64,000 nucleotides of DNA from Glycera tridactyla (GCA_965644265.1 OZ286461.1:66154001-66218000); one strand, 5' to 3'. Counted from the stretch's first letter, positions 25,150 to 38,590 are shown. Program-made: numbers and translations. The notes: generated from the sequence alone by a model not told the origin.

Positions 25150-25800
25150 AGTGCATACACTCATTTGATTTAATAAACTACCATCCCAAATTGTTTCTTC
25201 CAATTTGCTAGCTCAATATCCTTTTCTTTCTATCAGAATTTTTTTTGGCAGCAAAGCCTTGGTTTTACGATTTGCATACATGGTGCATACACTCATTCAA
25301 TTTAATAAACTATCACCTCAAATTGTTTCTTCCAATTTGCTTGCTTGGTATCTAATTTTTTCTATTTGTATTCTAATGACTGAAATGCCTTGTTTCACAA
25401 TTTGCAGGATTTCATTCACTCATTGATTTGATAAACTATCGACCCGAACAGTTTCTTCCAATTTGCTAGCTCGATAACTTTTTTTTTTGGTCTGAATTCT
25501 TCCCGACAGAAAATGCATCGCTTCACAATTTGCAGGGTTGCATCGAGGATTTCATTCACACATTTGATTTAATAAATTATCATCCCAAATTATTTCTTCC
25601 AATTTGCTAGCTCCATAACTTTTTCTTTTTGTCTGAGTTTTTTCATGGCAGAAATACCTTGGTTCACAATTTGCAGGCTTGTATCCAGGATCTCATCCAG
25701 GATTGTATGAACAATCATGCCAAATTGTTTCTACCAATTTGCTAGCTCGGTATCCTTTTCACTCGGTCTGACTTTTTTCCGGCAGAAAAGGCTCGGTTTT
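25150..25800. repeat. Diverged tandem array, ~5 x 126-141 bp
   Basis: ccaatttgct recurs near 25200, 25332, 25458, 25599, 25734. Confidence 0.75.
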
Positions 25801-25894
25801 ACAATTTGGATTCGTAACACTGAGCTATGTCGTCAGTGTAGCCGTACTGAGGAGTGCAAGTCTGAAGGCCAAGCTGTTTAACCATAGCAGAGAT

Positions 25895-26215
25895 GCGGGC
25901 CAATTCACGAAAATCCAGATTCCGTAGGACCGGAAGGGAAATTAGGTTTCTCTGCTTAATTTTGTAGATTGAAGTATGAGAAACAAATTTAGACAGGGGT
26001 ACCTCTTCAAAAAGTGTCCGAAAGTGGATTTTAGACCAAAATTCAAAATGGCCACCATAAGCCAATTCATGAAAATTCAGATTCCGTATGACCGGAAAAA
26101 AATTTAGGTTTCTCTGCTTAATTTCATAGATTAATGTATAACAAACAAATTTAGATGAGGGTACCTATTTCAAAAGTAGACTTTAGGCAAAAAAACAAGA
26201 TGGCCGCCAAAATTT
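25895..26215 (+). repeat. Satellite family K (162-163-bp unit); also 37320-37650 (+) and 27950-28925 (-)
   Basis: aattca(c/t)gaaaat(c/t)cag at 25902/26064 and 37325/37488; ggggtacct..aaaaagtg..aattcaaaatggcc. Confidence 0.8.
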
Positions 26216-26765
26216 AGAATTTTTATTCAAAATTCAATCATTATTCCCGATGCATTGCAATCATGGCCCAATCAATATTACAACTGATATGCTGATATAA
26301 ACTGTACTTTATACTCACAAAAGACCTTATGCAGAGTCAAATTCACTATGGTTGCCATGGTAACCACATAAAATCAAATCAAAATGTGACTAGAATAGGA
26401 CATGATATCCAGACCTTTGTAGCTAGCAGAAAAGCCTTCTTGGCCATATGATACACAAACTGTGAGCAAATGGACATTTTACCACCTATTTGTTTTGATT
26501 GAGAAGTGTTGGATAGAAAAATATTATAACAAAACAGTCTAAAAGTGTGGCCAGACAGTATGTTATAGTCCATATTACACTATAATGCTGTTCTGCTACT
26601 CATGCAGACTGAGTTCATATACATAGGGAAGTAATAAAAGTGATACACCAAGGTGTGTATGACAAGCTAGCAACTTATATTGAAGGTCAAATAAAGAAAG
26701 CAGCCTGTAGTTTTCTGCTTATTATGTCCCAATCGCTAATCTCATGATCAGGCACAAAACAACTA

Positions 26766-26942
26766 CAGTAAAACCTGTCTTAAGTGAAAAGTCACGGAAC
26801 CAAATTTTTCTTTCACTTAAGACAGGATTTTGCTTAGCGCAGGACAATTATAGTGAGAAAAAACCATCCGGGCAGACTATGGGGTATGTGCTTAAGACAG
26901 GATTTTGCCTAGCGCAGGTTTACACTCAAGCAGGTTTCACTG
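26766..26942 (-). mobile_element. MITE, inverted copy of 5616-5792
   Basis: Near-identical reverse complement; TA flanks. Confidence 0.8.
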
Positions 26943-27555
26943 TACATGTACATCTGCTTCCATCAAACCAGACCAACCCTTTTGCACAAAGTTTCAATAT
27001 CTTCCTTGATACTCTTCTGATTTTCATGAAATAAAAAATAAATTGAGGCTTGAGAACATCTATATACATCTATTTAAAAATCTGTGTTCAAAATCCATGC
27101 ATACCTATTTAGAAATTCATGTCAGATCCTCAAATTCTGATTAATTTTAATTACCAAGACCATGGACCATTGAAAGATCAAATTATTACCCTTCCAGATT
27201 CCATGTTAGTATTGTAGAAGAATTTCTTTTAATCAAGCATCAGTTTACCCCACATCCACAGCATTCATGGCATACAATAATCCCTTCACTACCACCCAGA
27301 AAATATTACTGGCTTATACTATCTCGATGATCTTCGAAGATATGGTCTTCTGAGTAACATTTTCTTGATTTTGAGGTAACACTGGACATTTTAGAAAGAG
27401 GTGACTTTGAGAGATTTGTATTCAGTAATGCTTTGAGATCGTATTAGAACACCACTTTGGGTTTAGAAGCAATCCATAACCATGACAGTTTGGGATTCTC
27501 CAGTGGACAAGCGAAGTGGATATCTTTGATAGTAAGGAAATGGCAGTTGATTATA

Positions 27556-27732
27556 CAGTCAAACCTCTCTATAAAGACCGCCTCCGGTCGCATAAAAAAA
27601 GTGGCCTTTATAGGGAGGTGGTCTTTATAGAGGTCATTTACTGTTGAAAATACTTCCACCGTCGCAGTTCAGGGCAGTCTTTATAGGGAGGTGGTCTTTA
27701 TAGAGAGGTGGTCTTTAGAGGAGGTTTAACTG
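27556..27732 (+). mobile_element. pogo/Tigger-like MITE (taaagacc family)
   Basis: TA|cagtcaaacctctc...gaggtttaactg|TA. Confidence 0.8.
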
Positions 27733-28161
27733 TATATTGGAAAGTGCACAAATATGCCTGTTTTTTGGACTGTCACATATGATTTAATTTTGTGGTTTAA
27801 ATGTATGCATGGTGAATTTGATTCTTCAGTAGAGCTTGGGTTGGTATGATGTACGCTTTATATCAGCATACAAATTGGAACATTGATTGGACCATGATTG
27901 CAAAGCGTGAGAGATAAACCATAGATCGTCTTTTTCCCCAAAAGAATTTGGTGGCCATCTTGTTTTTTGGACTAAAATCCTCTTTTGAACACTTTGGGAA
28001 GGTACCCCTGTCTAAATATGTTTGTTATACATCAATCCATGAAAGTAAGCAGAGACCCAATTTTTTCCCCTGTCTGATGGATTCTGGATTTTTATGAATT
28101 AGCCCATGGCGGCCATTTTGAATTTTGGTCCAAAATCCACTTTCGGACCCTTTTTGAAGAG

Positions 28162-28632
28162 CATGGTTCATACAGGGTTCTCACGATAAAATTCCAGAGT
28201 TTTTCCAGAACATTTCCAGTACACCATGAAGAATTTCCAGAACACACAACCAATAGATTTATGGTATTAAAAATTAATGCCCAATAAGTAATGGTGATTT
28301 TGTGTGCAGCACCAGCATCTAGAGGTAGTATGTCCGAGTTTTCTGATATTCTCCATCATGATGCTGATCACGATTTTTCATCTGCACATCTTGATGGTCA
28401 TTTTGAGATCTATCAGAACTATCAATGCCTACAATGTGCAATGTCAATCAGCGAAAATCAGTGAAATTACCAGGTTTTCTGCTGATCTCCAGAACATAGG
28501 TGTAATTTCCAGAGTGAAAATCTTAAAATTCCAGTATTTTTCCAGAACACTGAAGTGAAAAACAAGTTTTCCAGAACATTTCCAGTATGGGTACTGATTT
28601 CCAGAACATTTCCAGAGTCAGTGCGAACCCTG
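28162..28632 (+). mobile_element. hAT-like MITE (catggttcatac/gtgcgaaccctg ends, ttccagaac motifs) inserted in a 162-bp satellite
   Basis: Inverted ends; aagag duplicated on both sides; homologous to 40243-40722 and the partial copy 62230-62380. Confidence 0.75.
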
Positions 28633-29751
28633 AAGAGGTACCCCTGTCTAAATTTGTTTCTTATATTTCAATCTATGAAATTAAGCAGAGAAACCTAAAT
28701 TCTTTTCGGGTCCTACAGAATCTGAATTTTCATGAATTGGCTCATGGCGGCCATTTTGAATTCTGGGCTGAAATCTACTTTCGGACACTTTTTGAAGAGG
28801 TACCCCTGTCTGAATTTGTTTGTTATACTTCAATCCATGAAATTAAGCAGAGAAACCTAATTTCCCTTCCGGTCCTACGAAAAGTGGTTTTTAAGCCTCT
28901 TTTGAGAATTGGCCCGCGGACTAATATTCCAATGGAAGGCTTCAACATCATCTGAATTGGTACATGGACAAAGGAGGGCAGGCATCAGCATACAGTCAAA
29001 CCTGCTCCACCCTACCTCTCTATGATGGCCACCTGCCAACAGAGGCCGCCCTGAGCTGCGACCTTGATAGTAGATTCAACAGTAAATGACCTCTCTATAA
29101 AGGCTACCTGCCTATACAAGCTACTTTCTTAAGCAACTGGGGAATAATGCTTCATTTCTTTGTTTAGAAATTACCGGCATGTATCGACCCATAGGATTAC
29201 ATATGACATGTGTTATGGTCAATGAAAGCTAGATGTTCTCTCCCCTGCAGACATCACTCTCACAAATCCTGAACACAAGATGGTGGGGGACCTGAAAGGA
29301 TGTCAAGTGGAAGTAAGAATTGCCAAGCTGGGTAGGCAGTGAGGTCAGTTTATATGAGTCGGCCACCACCGCATATGTGTCACTAGTTGAGTATCCTTCC
29401 AATCTGAAGATTTTCCTTATTTCAGGAACTGTGCTCTGCTCAAAATGAAAGCATTGCTATTAGGCTAGAGTGTCAGCTTCTTGCCAGATACATGGTTAGA
29501 TATTCCACATTTATCATGTTCATGTCAGGTAGGTACGGGTGTGTCTGAATGGTCAGCTACTTCCACTCGACAACTTCGTGAGTTCGACATCATCTTGTAT
29601 TTGTATAAGTGATGCCAGCAGCAGCCAGAACATCTTGCTTTCATTGACCAGGTCTGGTGCATGCCATTAAACCTCTGCCTAATCAAAACTATGATTGACC
29701 TGATGGATGAAATTGCACCCCTCCCAAGAAATAACAACAAAATTATAGGTA

Positions 29752-30778
29752 CCGTATATACTCACATATAAGCCTTCTCCGCGTATAAGCCAGGGGTACG
29801 ATTTCACCTCCCAAAAGTCGGGATTTCCCGAATATAAGCTGCTGATTGAACATGGCGAATTTCAGCAAGTCAACTCGAGAGGAGTGCCGTGATACACCAA
29901 TGACAACCATGTAGAGCAGCCATTTCATGCCTTACCCCTGCTATTGTTGGTTCATTCGCGCTTTCATACTTCAATGATTCACAGGTACAATCCATGTTGA
30001 AAACATGTGACAAGGCCGAAAGAGCATGTATTTCGCGATGAAAACGAAAGGCTGGCTTCACCACTAGCAATTTGAGCGCCATTGTTTGGTCATGTGATGA
30101 GGCTGGCATCCCGGATATAAAGGGAATCCCCGGAATTACGTCATATATACTTCGGATAAATCATGCAAATTAGTTTTTTCTCGTTCTTGGCCATATTTGG
30201 TCATCATTGATCATGTGATACGATGGTGGTCGAAATAGCGGAACACAATCAGATGCCTATGCAGTCCGAGTTTTCATCATGTTTATGGCGAATTTGTCGG
30301 GATTTTCTCCAAAACGATCATCTAACGTGAGATCAGTGTCGATATTCGTGCATGTGGGACTATTAATTGACACCCGACCGTATTTTTGGCGTTTCGACAG
30401 CGATCGTGAGTCAACTAAAAGATAGTTTTGACTCTGTACTCATGTTAGATTCTGTGTTGATTGATTTCGCAAGAACCACATGATAAATCGTCTGAAATGG
30501 TATGCTGAATAAAACAATATTGCTGACAATTGTAACGCATGGATACAATTTCATTTGTTGGGGAACCTTGCAAAATTTGATGAAATTTGCATGTGTTTTT
30601 ATTGGTTCTTTCAAAATCCAAGATGGCGGCTGCTGCTAGCAAGCTATTACCAGCTCAAGGCTCTTCATTTACGGTGATGTTCGGCTCTGACGAAATCTAT
30701 GCTTGCATATAAGCTGCCCCCTTCTTTTGCCCTGATTTTTGTGTGTCAAAAAATGGGCTTATATGCGAGTATATAGGG
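29752..30778. mobile_element. About 1-kb diverged CCGTATA-type Tc1/mariner-like element
   Basis: TA|ccgtatatactcacatataag ... cttatatgcgagtatataggg|TA; shares internal motifs (tcgcgat..aaaac, atccccggat) with the 790-bp family. Confidence 0.7.
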
Positions 30779-31416
30779 TAGCCCATCATCACTAGCATTT
30801 ATAAACCATTCAAATTCACAAATCTACCACCAAAAGGTGCCTGTGACAAAAGGCGAGCTAAGGGCAGGCATGTTATATTGAATGAATATTCTTAGCCCCA
30901 TCTTCACTAGTGTTGGTCTGATTTTGATGATCTGCAAACACTGATATTCAGCATACAATATACAGAGATGTGATTGAAAATCTTGAAAACCCGACTGAAG
31001 AGACTCTTCACCATGATTTTGTGAACCAAGAAACCAGAACAACTGCTAAACCAAAGGCTACTATAACTCTACATGCTCTATCTCCACTAATTCTGGTATA
31101 ATTTCTGTGATCTAAAAGCCAAAAGAATCAGCTTAGGATGTTTTTCTCTTGGTTATATGCATAGCTCACTGAATTTGTGAGTGGAAACACAACATACGTG
31201 TGGATCTGTATAATGATCACATCCCTGGGTTGGAAGCCCCATCACAAGTGCTGGCATTCATTGCATTAAGTCTAAAGTGACCAGGAACAGGCTCCAACCC
31301 AACATCCATTTCTGAAAATTCTTTTTGTCCCCAAAATCAACCAATCTGGTTGAATGACCCCGTGCATAGTTAGCATCTATTGGGAGATGCTAAGAGATGC
31401 TTCCCATCCCTGTCTA

Positions 31417-31594
31417 CAGTCGAACCTCTCTATAAAGACCGCCTTCGGTCGCTCCAAAAAGTGGTCTTTATAGGGAGGTGGTCTTTATAGAGAGGTCATT
31501 TACTGTTGAAAATACTACCACGGTCGCAGGTCAGGGTGGTCTTTATAGGGAGGTGGTCTTTATAGAGAGGTGGTCTTTAGAGGAGGTTCGACTG
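31417..31594 (+). mobile_element. pogo/Tigger-like MITE (taaagacc family)
   Basis: TA|cagtcgaacctctc...gaggttcgactg|TA. Confidence 0.8.
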
Positions 31595-32258
31595 TATTTC
31601 TATATGGTGCTAATACAGAAGTGGAGAACAAGTCAGATAGTCACAATTCAACCATCTCTTGGAATATTGATATGATTCGAAGGACCAATAGAAACAAGAA
31701 TCCGGGAAAATCATCAAAATATTTCCTAGGTGATTGTTTGTTTGAGGTTTAACAGCATGTATCAACCCTAGGGTTATGTATGCCGTGTATTACTGGTTAA
31801 TGAAAGCTATATGTTCGCTCCCCTGCAGACATCACTCTCAAAAACCCTGAACACAAGATGATGGGGGAACCTGAAAGGTTGTCAAGTGGAAGTAGCTGAC
31901 AGTTCAGGCATACCTCTACCTGCACTAACAAACCACTCAATCCTGATGGCAATGCTTTTTTTTTGCAAAGCACAGTATTTGACACAAGGAAAAGCATTAG
32001 GTTTGGTGAACACTCAACCAATGTGTTCAATGATGACCAACAGCAAAATTCAAAGAATCATCAGGTTTCCCTCCAAATTTACTCATGCCTGGAGCCAAAT
32101 ATTATAGGGATATGATTATCCTACAAGCAGAAAACCTGACTGGGGTTGCATTTCAGTAAGATTTTATGGACCAGCAGAGCAACTGCTAACTAATGGCTAC
32201 TATAAATGCATACAAGAAGCTGCCACAGACAGTGTATCCCTCGCCATGGGTGCTTTTT

Positions 32259-32452
32259 NNNNNNNNNNNNNNNNNNNNNNNNNNNNNNNNNNNNNNNNNN
32301 NNNNNNNNNNNNNNNNNNNNNNNNNNNNNNNNNNNNNNNNNNNNNNNNNNNNNNNNNNNNNNNNNNNNNNNNNNNNNNNNNNNNNNNNNNNNNNNNNNNN
32401 NNNNNNNNNNNNNNNNNNNNNNNNNNNNNNNNNNNNNNNNNNNNNNNNNNNN
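32259..32452. other. Assembly gap (194 N)
   Basis: Run of N. Confidence 1.
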
Positions 32453-32694
32453 TGTCTTTGAATAGAGGAGTCTCCAGACATAATCAACACAGGTCAATGA
32501 ATGGCTTCAGAATAGTTGTATAGGCAAAGAGCTTGTATAAGGTCCACTATAGGCTCTTTGGTATAGGTCTCGCATATCACAAACACTTTATGAATAAAAG
32601 AAGTAGTCAATTATGGAGAAGCTGACCTATTAATGAGGGCAAAGCTGAAAGAGGTGTGTTCATTCAGGGGGCTGTTTCACAATACAGACATAGT

Positions 32695-33130
32695 GAATGT
32701 GCCAAAATATGCCAAAAATGCATGTAAAATCCAAAAAAGGGCAATAACTCCTTCAAAAATGATTCGATCACAAAACCCTGACGATATGCACTGCAGAACC
32801 TTAAGATGATCATTCCGTGATAATTAGGTGAAAATTGCATGTAAAATGAAGGAGGAGTTGCGCAGCCAATAATTCACATGTAAAATTCAAAAAAGGGCTA
32901 TAACATCTCAAAAAATAATCTGATCATGAAACCCTGACAATATGCACTGCATAACCTTATGATGATCATTCTGTGAAAGTTTGGTGAAAATCGCATGTAA
33001 AATGAATGAGGAGTTGCGCAGCCAAGAAAGTGTGACAGACTGACGGACTGACGGACTGACGGACTGACAGACTGACGGACGGCCACTATTTTAATATCCC
33101 TACGCCTTTCCTTTCGGCGAGGGATAATAA
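32695..33130 (+). mobile_element. Helentron-type element with 2 x ~155-bp units
   Basis: Tandem units, (GACT/GACG)n, hairpin atccctacgcc..ggcgagggat. Confidence 0.75.
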
Positions 33131-34449
33131 TCTCTGTGCTCCATCTCCACCAATTCTGGTTAGATTTTCGTGATCTAAAATCCCGAATAATGAGCATTGA
33201 ATGTTCTTTTCTGTCATATGTATAGACTGCTGCATTTGTCATTAAAAAAACCCAGGAAATCCATGGACCTATCATATCCCTGAATAATACTCCAGATGTG
33301 TCACAAAATATGGAAACTTTTATTCATTTATAATGACTCATCACCTCATTCCATTTTCATGTTGCTCATGCAATATGGATGGAAGGGTTCAAAGGTCGGG
33401 TGTCGGAAGCAGATCATGGAAGATTGTACCCGCGACTGTCTCCCCTCAGCTCTGATTTTCCTCTGGAATATCGGCAGTATATGGAGACTTGATGTGATTA
33501 CGAGCCCCGATATGAGCACCATCTCGCATTAGTGCGATCAAGTGACCAACTCTGTACAGCGTGCAAACGTGTTCGGGTCACTGACCAGTTTGCAGGAAAG
33601 GTCATCGCCGATCATTCCGGGGGTCACATGTCAGGTGACACTTGACCCTTTAATTTCGTTAACAGTGACCACCACTTCTGACGCATTTCTAACCTCTTGG
33701 CGCATGTATCATATGCAATCGAATTATGCGATGACCAGTGCACTGGCTGGAGGCAAGGTTCAAGGTCAGTGTGAGGTCAACTGACCGTTATTACTGACGG
33801 ATATAATAGGGAGGGGAAGCTCAACCAATTATGCGCACTTAAGAGAGCGTGCATTGTCACAAGTATAAGCGCCACCTACAACCAGAATCAAATCATCCTC
33901 AGCATACAACATTGGGATTTTAACCCATTCTTGCTAACACTACATACAGAAATACAGTGAAACATGTGATGAGAGACCATCCTAAATGTCACCAAAAAGT
34001 TGTCTCTCACAAGAGTCAGATATATTTGACTGTGACAAATGAAATAGCTGTCCTGAAAAAGCGGTCTCCTGTCGGAACTGCTGGCTACTGTTGTCAAATC
34101 TTGTGGGAGAAAAATGCCGAGCATCCCAGGGCAGGAGTTCTCACTATATATTCAACCTACTAGATAACTATCCATTCATACTTCAAGGATGTTTCCATGA
34201 GTCTTAGACACATTAGCTACACTGATGGATCATAATTAACAAGGAAATACCTCCAACTGGTGCTCCTTTCTGAGATTCATTTGAAATCTTTTGGAGATCC
34301 TCCTTGAAATCATAAACTGAATCCCAAGGCAAAGACCGCTTCAAGATACATTGATATAAAATCTCCACATATGATGCTGATGATGGTATCCCCACGATGC
34401 AAAACAAATGTTTAATTTCTTTACAAATTCACATATCTCTCTGGTAGTA

Positions 34450-35235
34450 CCGTATATACTGGCGTATAAGTCAAGTTTTTTACACCAAAATCCGAGCCAA
34501 AAACAAGGGGGTCGACTCATATGCCCGATATGGAGGAAACTGGAGATTTTTTGAACAAAAAATGAGAGGGAATCCATGCTGACAGCTGTTGACAAACGAT
34601 ATTTTTCTCGAACGATCGCGCTCGAAAATGGCCAGAATACACCCGGATGTTGATAAATAATGCCATACACACGAATAATGACTCTACTTGCGAAATTGAT
34701 GATCGTTTCTGAGAAAATCGCGACGATTTCGCCATAAACGTGATGAAAACATTAGATGAAAACAACAAATCCAGAGAGTTCTGCCATCTCGGGCAGGTGA
34801 TGAGGTCAAGGCCGTATGCTAATTACGTATTCTGGTTCCTGTTTTGGTATACATCCGGGGATCCCGACTTCACGACAATGGCGCCCAAATCGCTCTCAAT
34901 CATGCCAGCCTCTTGTTTTTATCGCGAAATACACGAATATTCAGCTTTAATACGCGTTTTCAGTGAAGGGAATCATCTAATCATGGATTAGACTCGTGAA
35001 CTATCGATGTATGAAAGGTGCGAACAACTTGACAAAAGCCGGGGTAAGGTGTGAATTGGCTTCTGTCACTTGTCGATGTGTCGTTTCTCGTTGGTATTTT
35101 CGTCGATATTCACTATGTTCGAGCAAGATTATGGGGTCGACTTATATACAAGAAATTGACTAAATCCTGACTTTTGGAGGCGAAATTGGGGGGTCCACTT
35201 ATACGTCAAGTCAACTTATATGCCAGGATATACGG
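34450..35235 (-). mobile_element. Inverted copy of the about 790-bp CCGTATA element
   Basis: TA|ccgtatatactggcgtataag ... cttatatgccaggatatacgg|TA; co-linear with 21602-22386 on the opposite strand. Confidence 0.8.
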
Positions 35236-36589
35236 TATGTGAAGATTCATCTTTATCTGCATGCAGTTTAGCTTGACTGCTTCAAATGTATACTTGTTTG
35301 TTTGGGGTTCAATGGCATGTATCAACCCAGAGGATTATGTATGCCGTGTGTTCCTGGTCAACATATTTGAGAAATTGCCTAAAGAGAATCAAACAATCAT
35401 TTATCATGGGCATACAAGTTTAATGACAGTGAATCACAGAGAAATATGAGTTTTTCAAACGGAGATGAAGTTTGTCGAGTCTGACAGGACATTTATATCA
35501 GCGAGGTGCCTGTAAGCATAACAAAAAAACACGAGCCGTGACTTTACAGCTGACCTAGGTGTAGCGAGTGCGTGGCCTGCAAAATGTCCCCCACAAACAT
35601 CTGCTAAGCAGGGCACCACCAACATCAGCAAACAGCTTCCGCCATCATTCCTGGCCTCGCAAAATCAAATTATATCTGATTCTGGGCTTGCATAAAGTGC
35701 CTGCAGTGCTTGTGGTCTTCATCAAAGTATCGCCTCGTGCCAATATTCTAACCTCGGTTACGGCAATGCGCGCTCCGTGTATAAATTTTAATTTATCACC
35801 AATTATCCTCCATGGGGGCACTTGTTCTGTAGCACGGCACTCGTTATTATTAGGCAATGGACCTCAGGCAATAGATACAATTAAGTTTACATGTGTCAGA
35901 GAGACGTGAGCTGTTAGGGATGGGCGGATGCGACTCGGCGCTGATAAATTATATTTGTGGCCTGTCAGATTGTATGACTGTTGTCTGAGATTGTGTGTGT
36001 GTGTGTGTGGGATGGGGGGGGGGGGGGGGGGGGCACATGGGCATGCACTGGATAATCCATGTTGAGGAAAAACTACAGTTATGTTCACAATATCGCAGCA
36101 TTCCAAAGCCTTTAGATCACCAGTCTTCAAATTCAGCCATTGTTGGATGTTAATGGCAATTAATTTTCGGTTGAATGATAATCAAGTCAGGACTGGCATG
36201 ACACGGTTCAAACAGAAATTCTGCAATCAGATTTAAGCGCTTCAAAAGGAATATTCAAGTCCTCTGCCCATGTCAAAAAAATAGTATTAGTGTGCTACCG
36301 TTCAATAACAACAGCAATAACAACAACATTATATGAAACTGCGTTTCACAACAACAACACAGACGTCATATGTTAGCGGGTTATAACTCAACAACAAGAC
36401 CATTCATTCACGACAACACAGACCGAAAATGAGGACTTCCTGGGCAGTAGAGCAGGATATCCTGTGATAATAAACATGTGACCTGGGAAGAGACACACTT
36501 CATGTGCAACAAAACTTGTTTTGTAGGAGTTCATAGATACAAATAACAAGGCATAAATGCACGAAAGGCTCGCATGCATGCCGCTTGTT

Positions 36590-37036
36590 GAAGGGGGACA
36601 CATCTATGTGTGTGTGTGTGTGTATGTGTGTGCATGCACATATATACACACTCATAACCCCACCCAAACACACACCTGAACAAATCCAACCCCCACACCT
36701 ACACCTTGGCCCTGGCCCTACCACTAGCCCCACTCCCTATCCCCGCACCCCAACACCATACACACACATGTACACACCAAAACTTCTCCAACCCCCAATA
36801 CCCATCCCCTACCCCCCCCCCCCACCCTCAACCACCTACCCATGCCCCCCAACCCTGCCCACCACACAGATGCAAACACACCTGAGCTCCTCAGCCATCA
36901 CCCCCACCCCATCAACCCCCCACCCCTCCCCCCCCCCCGGCCTCCACCTCTCAAACACACACACATACACCTGAACTCCTCCATCCCCCTCCCCCCCCCC
37001 CCCGCCACATCCCTTCATTCTATGAAGTGATGACCG

Positions 37037-37071
<35 letters not shown>

Positions 37072-37139
37072 GCAACCAACGGACAGACCACCTGCATCAT
37101 CAGATAGACTCGCATTTTGCTTCGCATGCGAGCCAAAAA
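36590..37139 (+). mobile_element. Helentron-type element with C-rich low-complexity core; related copy at 1-250
   Basis: (GACA)n, then hairpin gactcgcat..atgcgagcc; the 3' ~120 bp match 145-250. Confidence 0.6.
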
Positions 37140-38412
37140 TGAGGGAATGAAATTCAGATATCCCTGAAGAGTTTCATCAGGTCGGAATCTTAACGATTAT
37201 GTACAACGTTCTCGCTGCATAACCGAAGTAATCATCAATCCGGTTGTTGACATTTCCGCTGCCATTGGCCGCCGTTTTCCGGACTAATGACCATTAGGTG
37301 GTTTGTTCGTTTAGTCTGTGGGCCAATTCCTGAAAATCCAGATTCCGTAGGACCGGGAGGGAAATTAGGTTTCCCTGCATGATTTTGTAGATTAAAGTAT
37401 AACAAACAAATTTAGACAGGGGTACCTCGTCAAAAAGTGTCCGTTAGTGAATTTTATACCAAAATCCAAAATGGCCACCATAAGTCAATTCATGAAAATT
37501 CAGATTCCGTAGGACCTGAAGGGAAATTAAATTTCTCTGCTCAATTTCATAGATTAAAGTATAACAAACAAATGTAGTAAGGGGTACCTCTCCAAAAAGG
37601 GTAAGAAAGTGGATTTCAGACCAAAATTCAAAATGGCCGCCATGAAAAGGGTAATTCCCCCCCCCCCCAATTAGAGCTATAGAAAAAAATTGTAGAGGAA
37701 ATGTAGCCATAATCATGATTGACTAGAAATATTTTTTCTGGTGGTGATAAAATGGCCCACAAAAAACTCAGGATGGCCAAATGAAAACATAATTTCCACA
37801 AATTAGTGAGACAAACTGCATTAATTAATCATCATATGTAGCGGGTCTGTTCATCTGCGATCGGTAACAGTTGTCAGTCGCCGTGACAGCGTGCTGTAGC
37901 AGGCGTGTTTTCGTAATCACACAATCATCATCTGTAACTTGTAATTACAAGGCTAATCTCGCATCTGAAGTACATCTACCACCACAACTGGGATGTGACA
38001 GGTTCTGAAACAGAAAATACTGCACAATGCCAAGATTTGGACTTTTTTCAACAATCTGTTTGTGGACCATATAATTTCACTTCAGGTGGGACACCCCTCT
38101 CTCTGAAAATAGGGGTGTTTACAGGCGATGCTATGATGTTTCAAATCAATGGAAGAAATGAGCTTGGAAAGTGGCCATGTGAAAACTACTACCCAGGAAA
38201 CAGAATAGACAATTGTCATTCAAATGCATCAATTAGGCCTCCTGATGGGGAGAAATGCGCCCTGCCATCCAGAATCATGGGGCGTCCTGTCAGGCATGTG
38301 GGGCCATCCGCCAACGCCCCCCCCCCCCCCCCCTCTGGATCAGACACTGATTATCATACGAGACGACCATGATGGCAGATTTTGGAGGTCTTTCGTCATA
38401 GGTTTCACTATA

Positions 38413-38590
38413 CAGTGAAACCTGTCTTGGGAGACCCCTCTTTTGGGAGACCACCCTCTAATGGGAGACCGCTCTTCATTGACTCTTCTCTATTTGACAT
38501 AGTCAAATATACCTCCAATGAGAGACCACCTGTCTTGAGAGACTACTTTTTGTTGGCATTTGGGGCGGTGTCCCAAGACAGGTTTTACTG
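38413..38590. mobile_element. pogo/Tigger-like MITE
   Basis: TA|cagtgaaacctgtcttgggaga...tcccaagacaggttttactg|TA. Confidence 0.8.

Noticed and set aside
32186-32523. ORFs spanning the N run
   Set aside because: Artefacts of the assembly gap.
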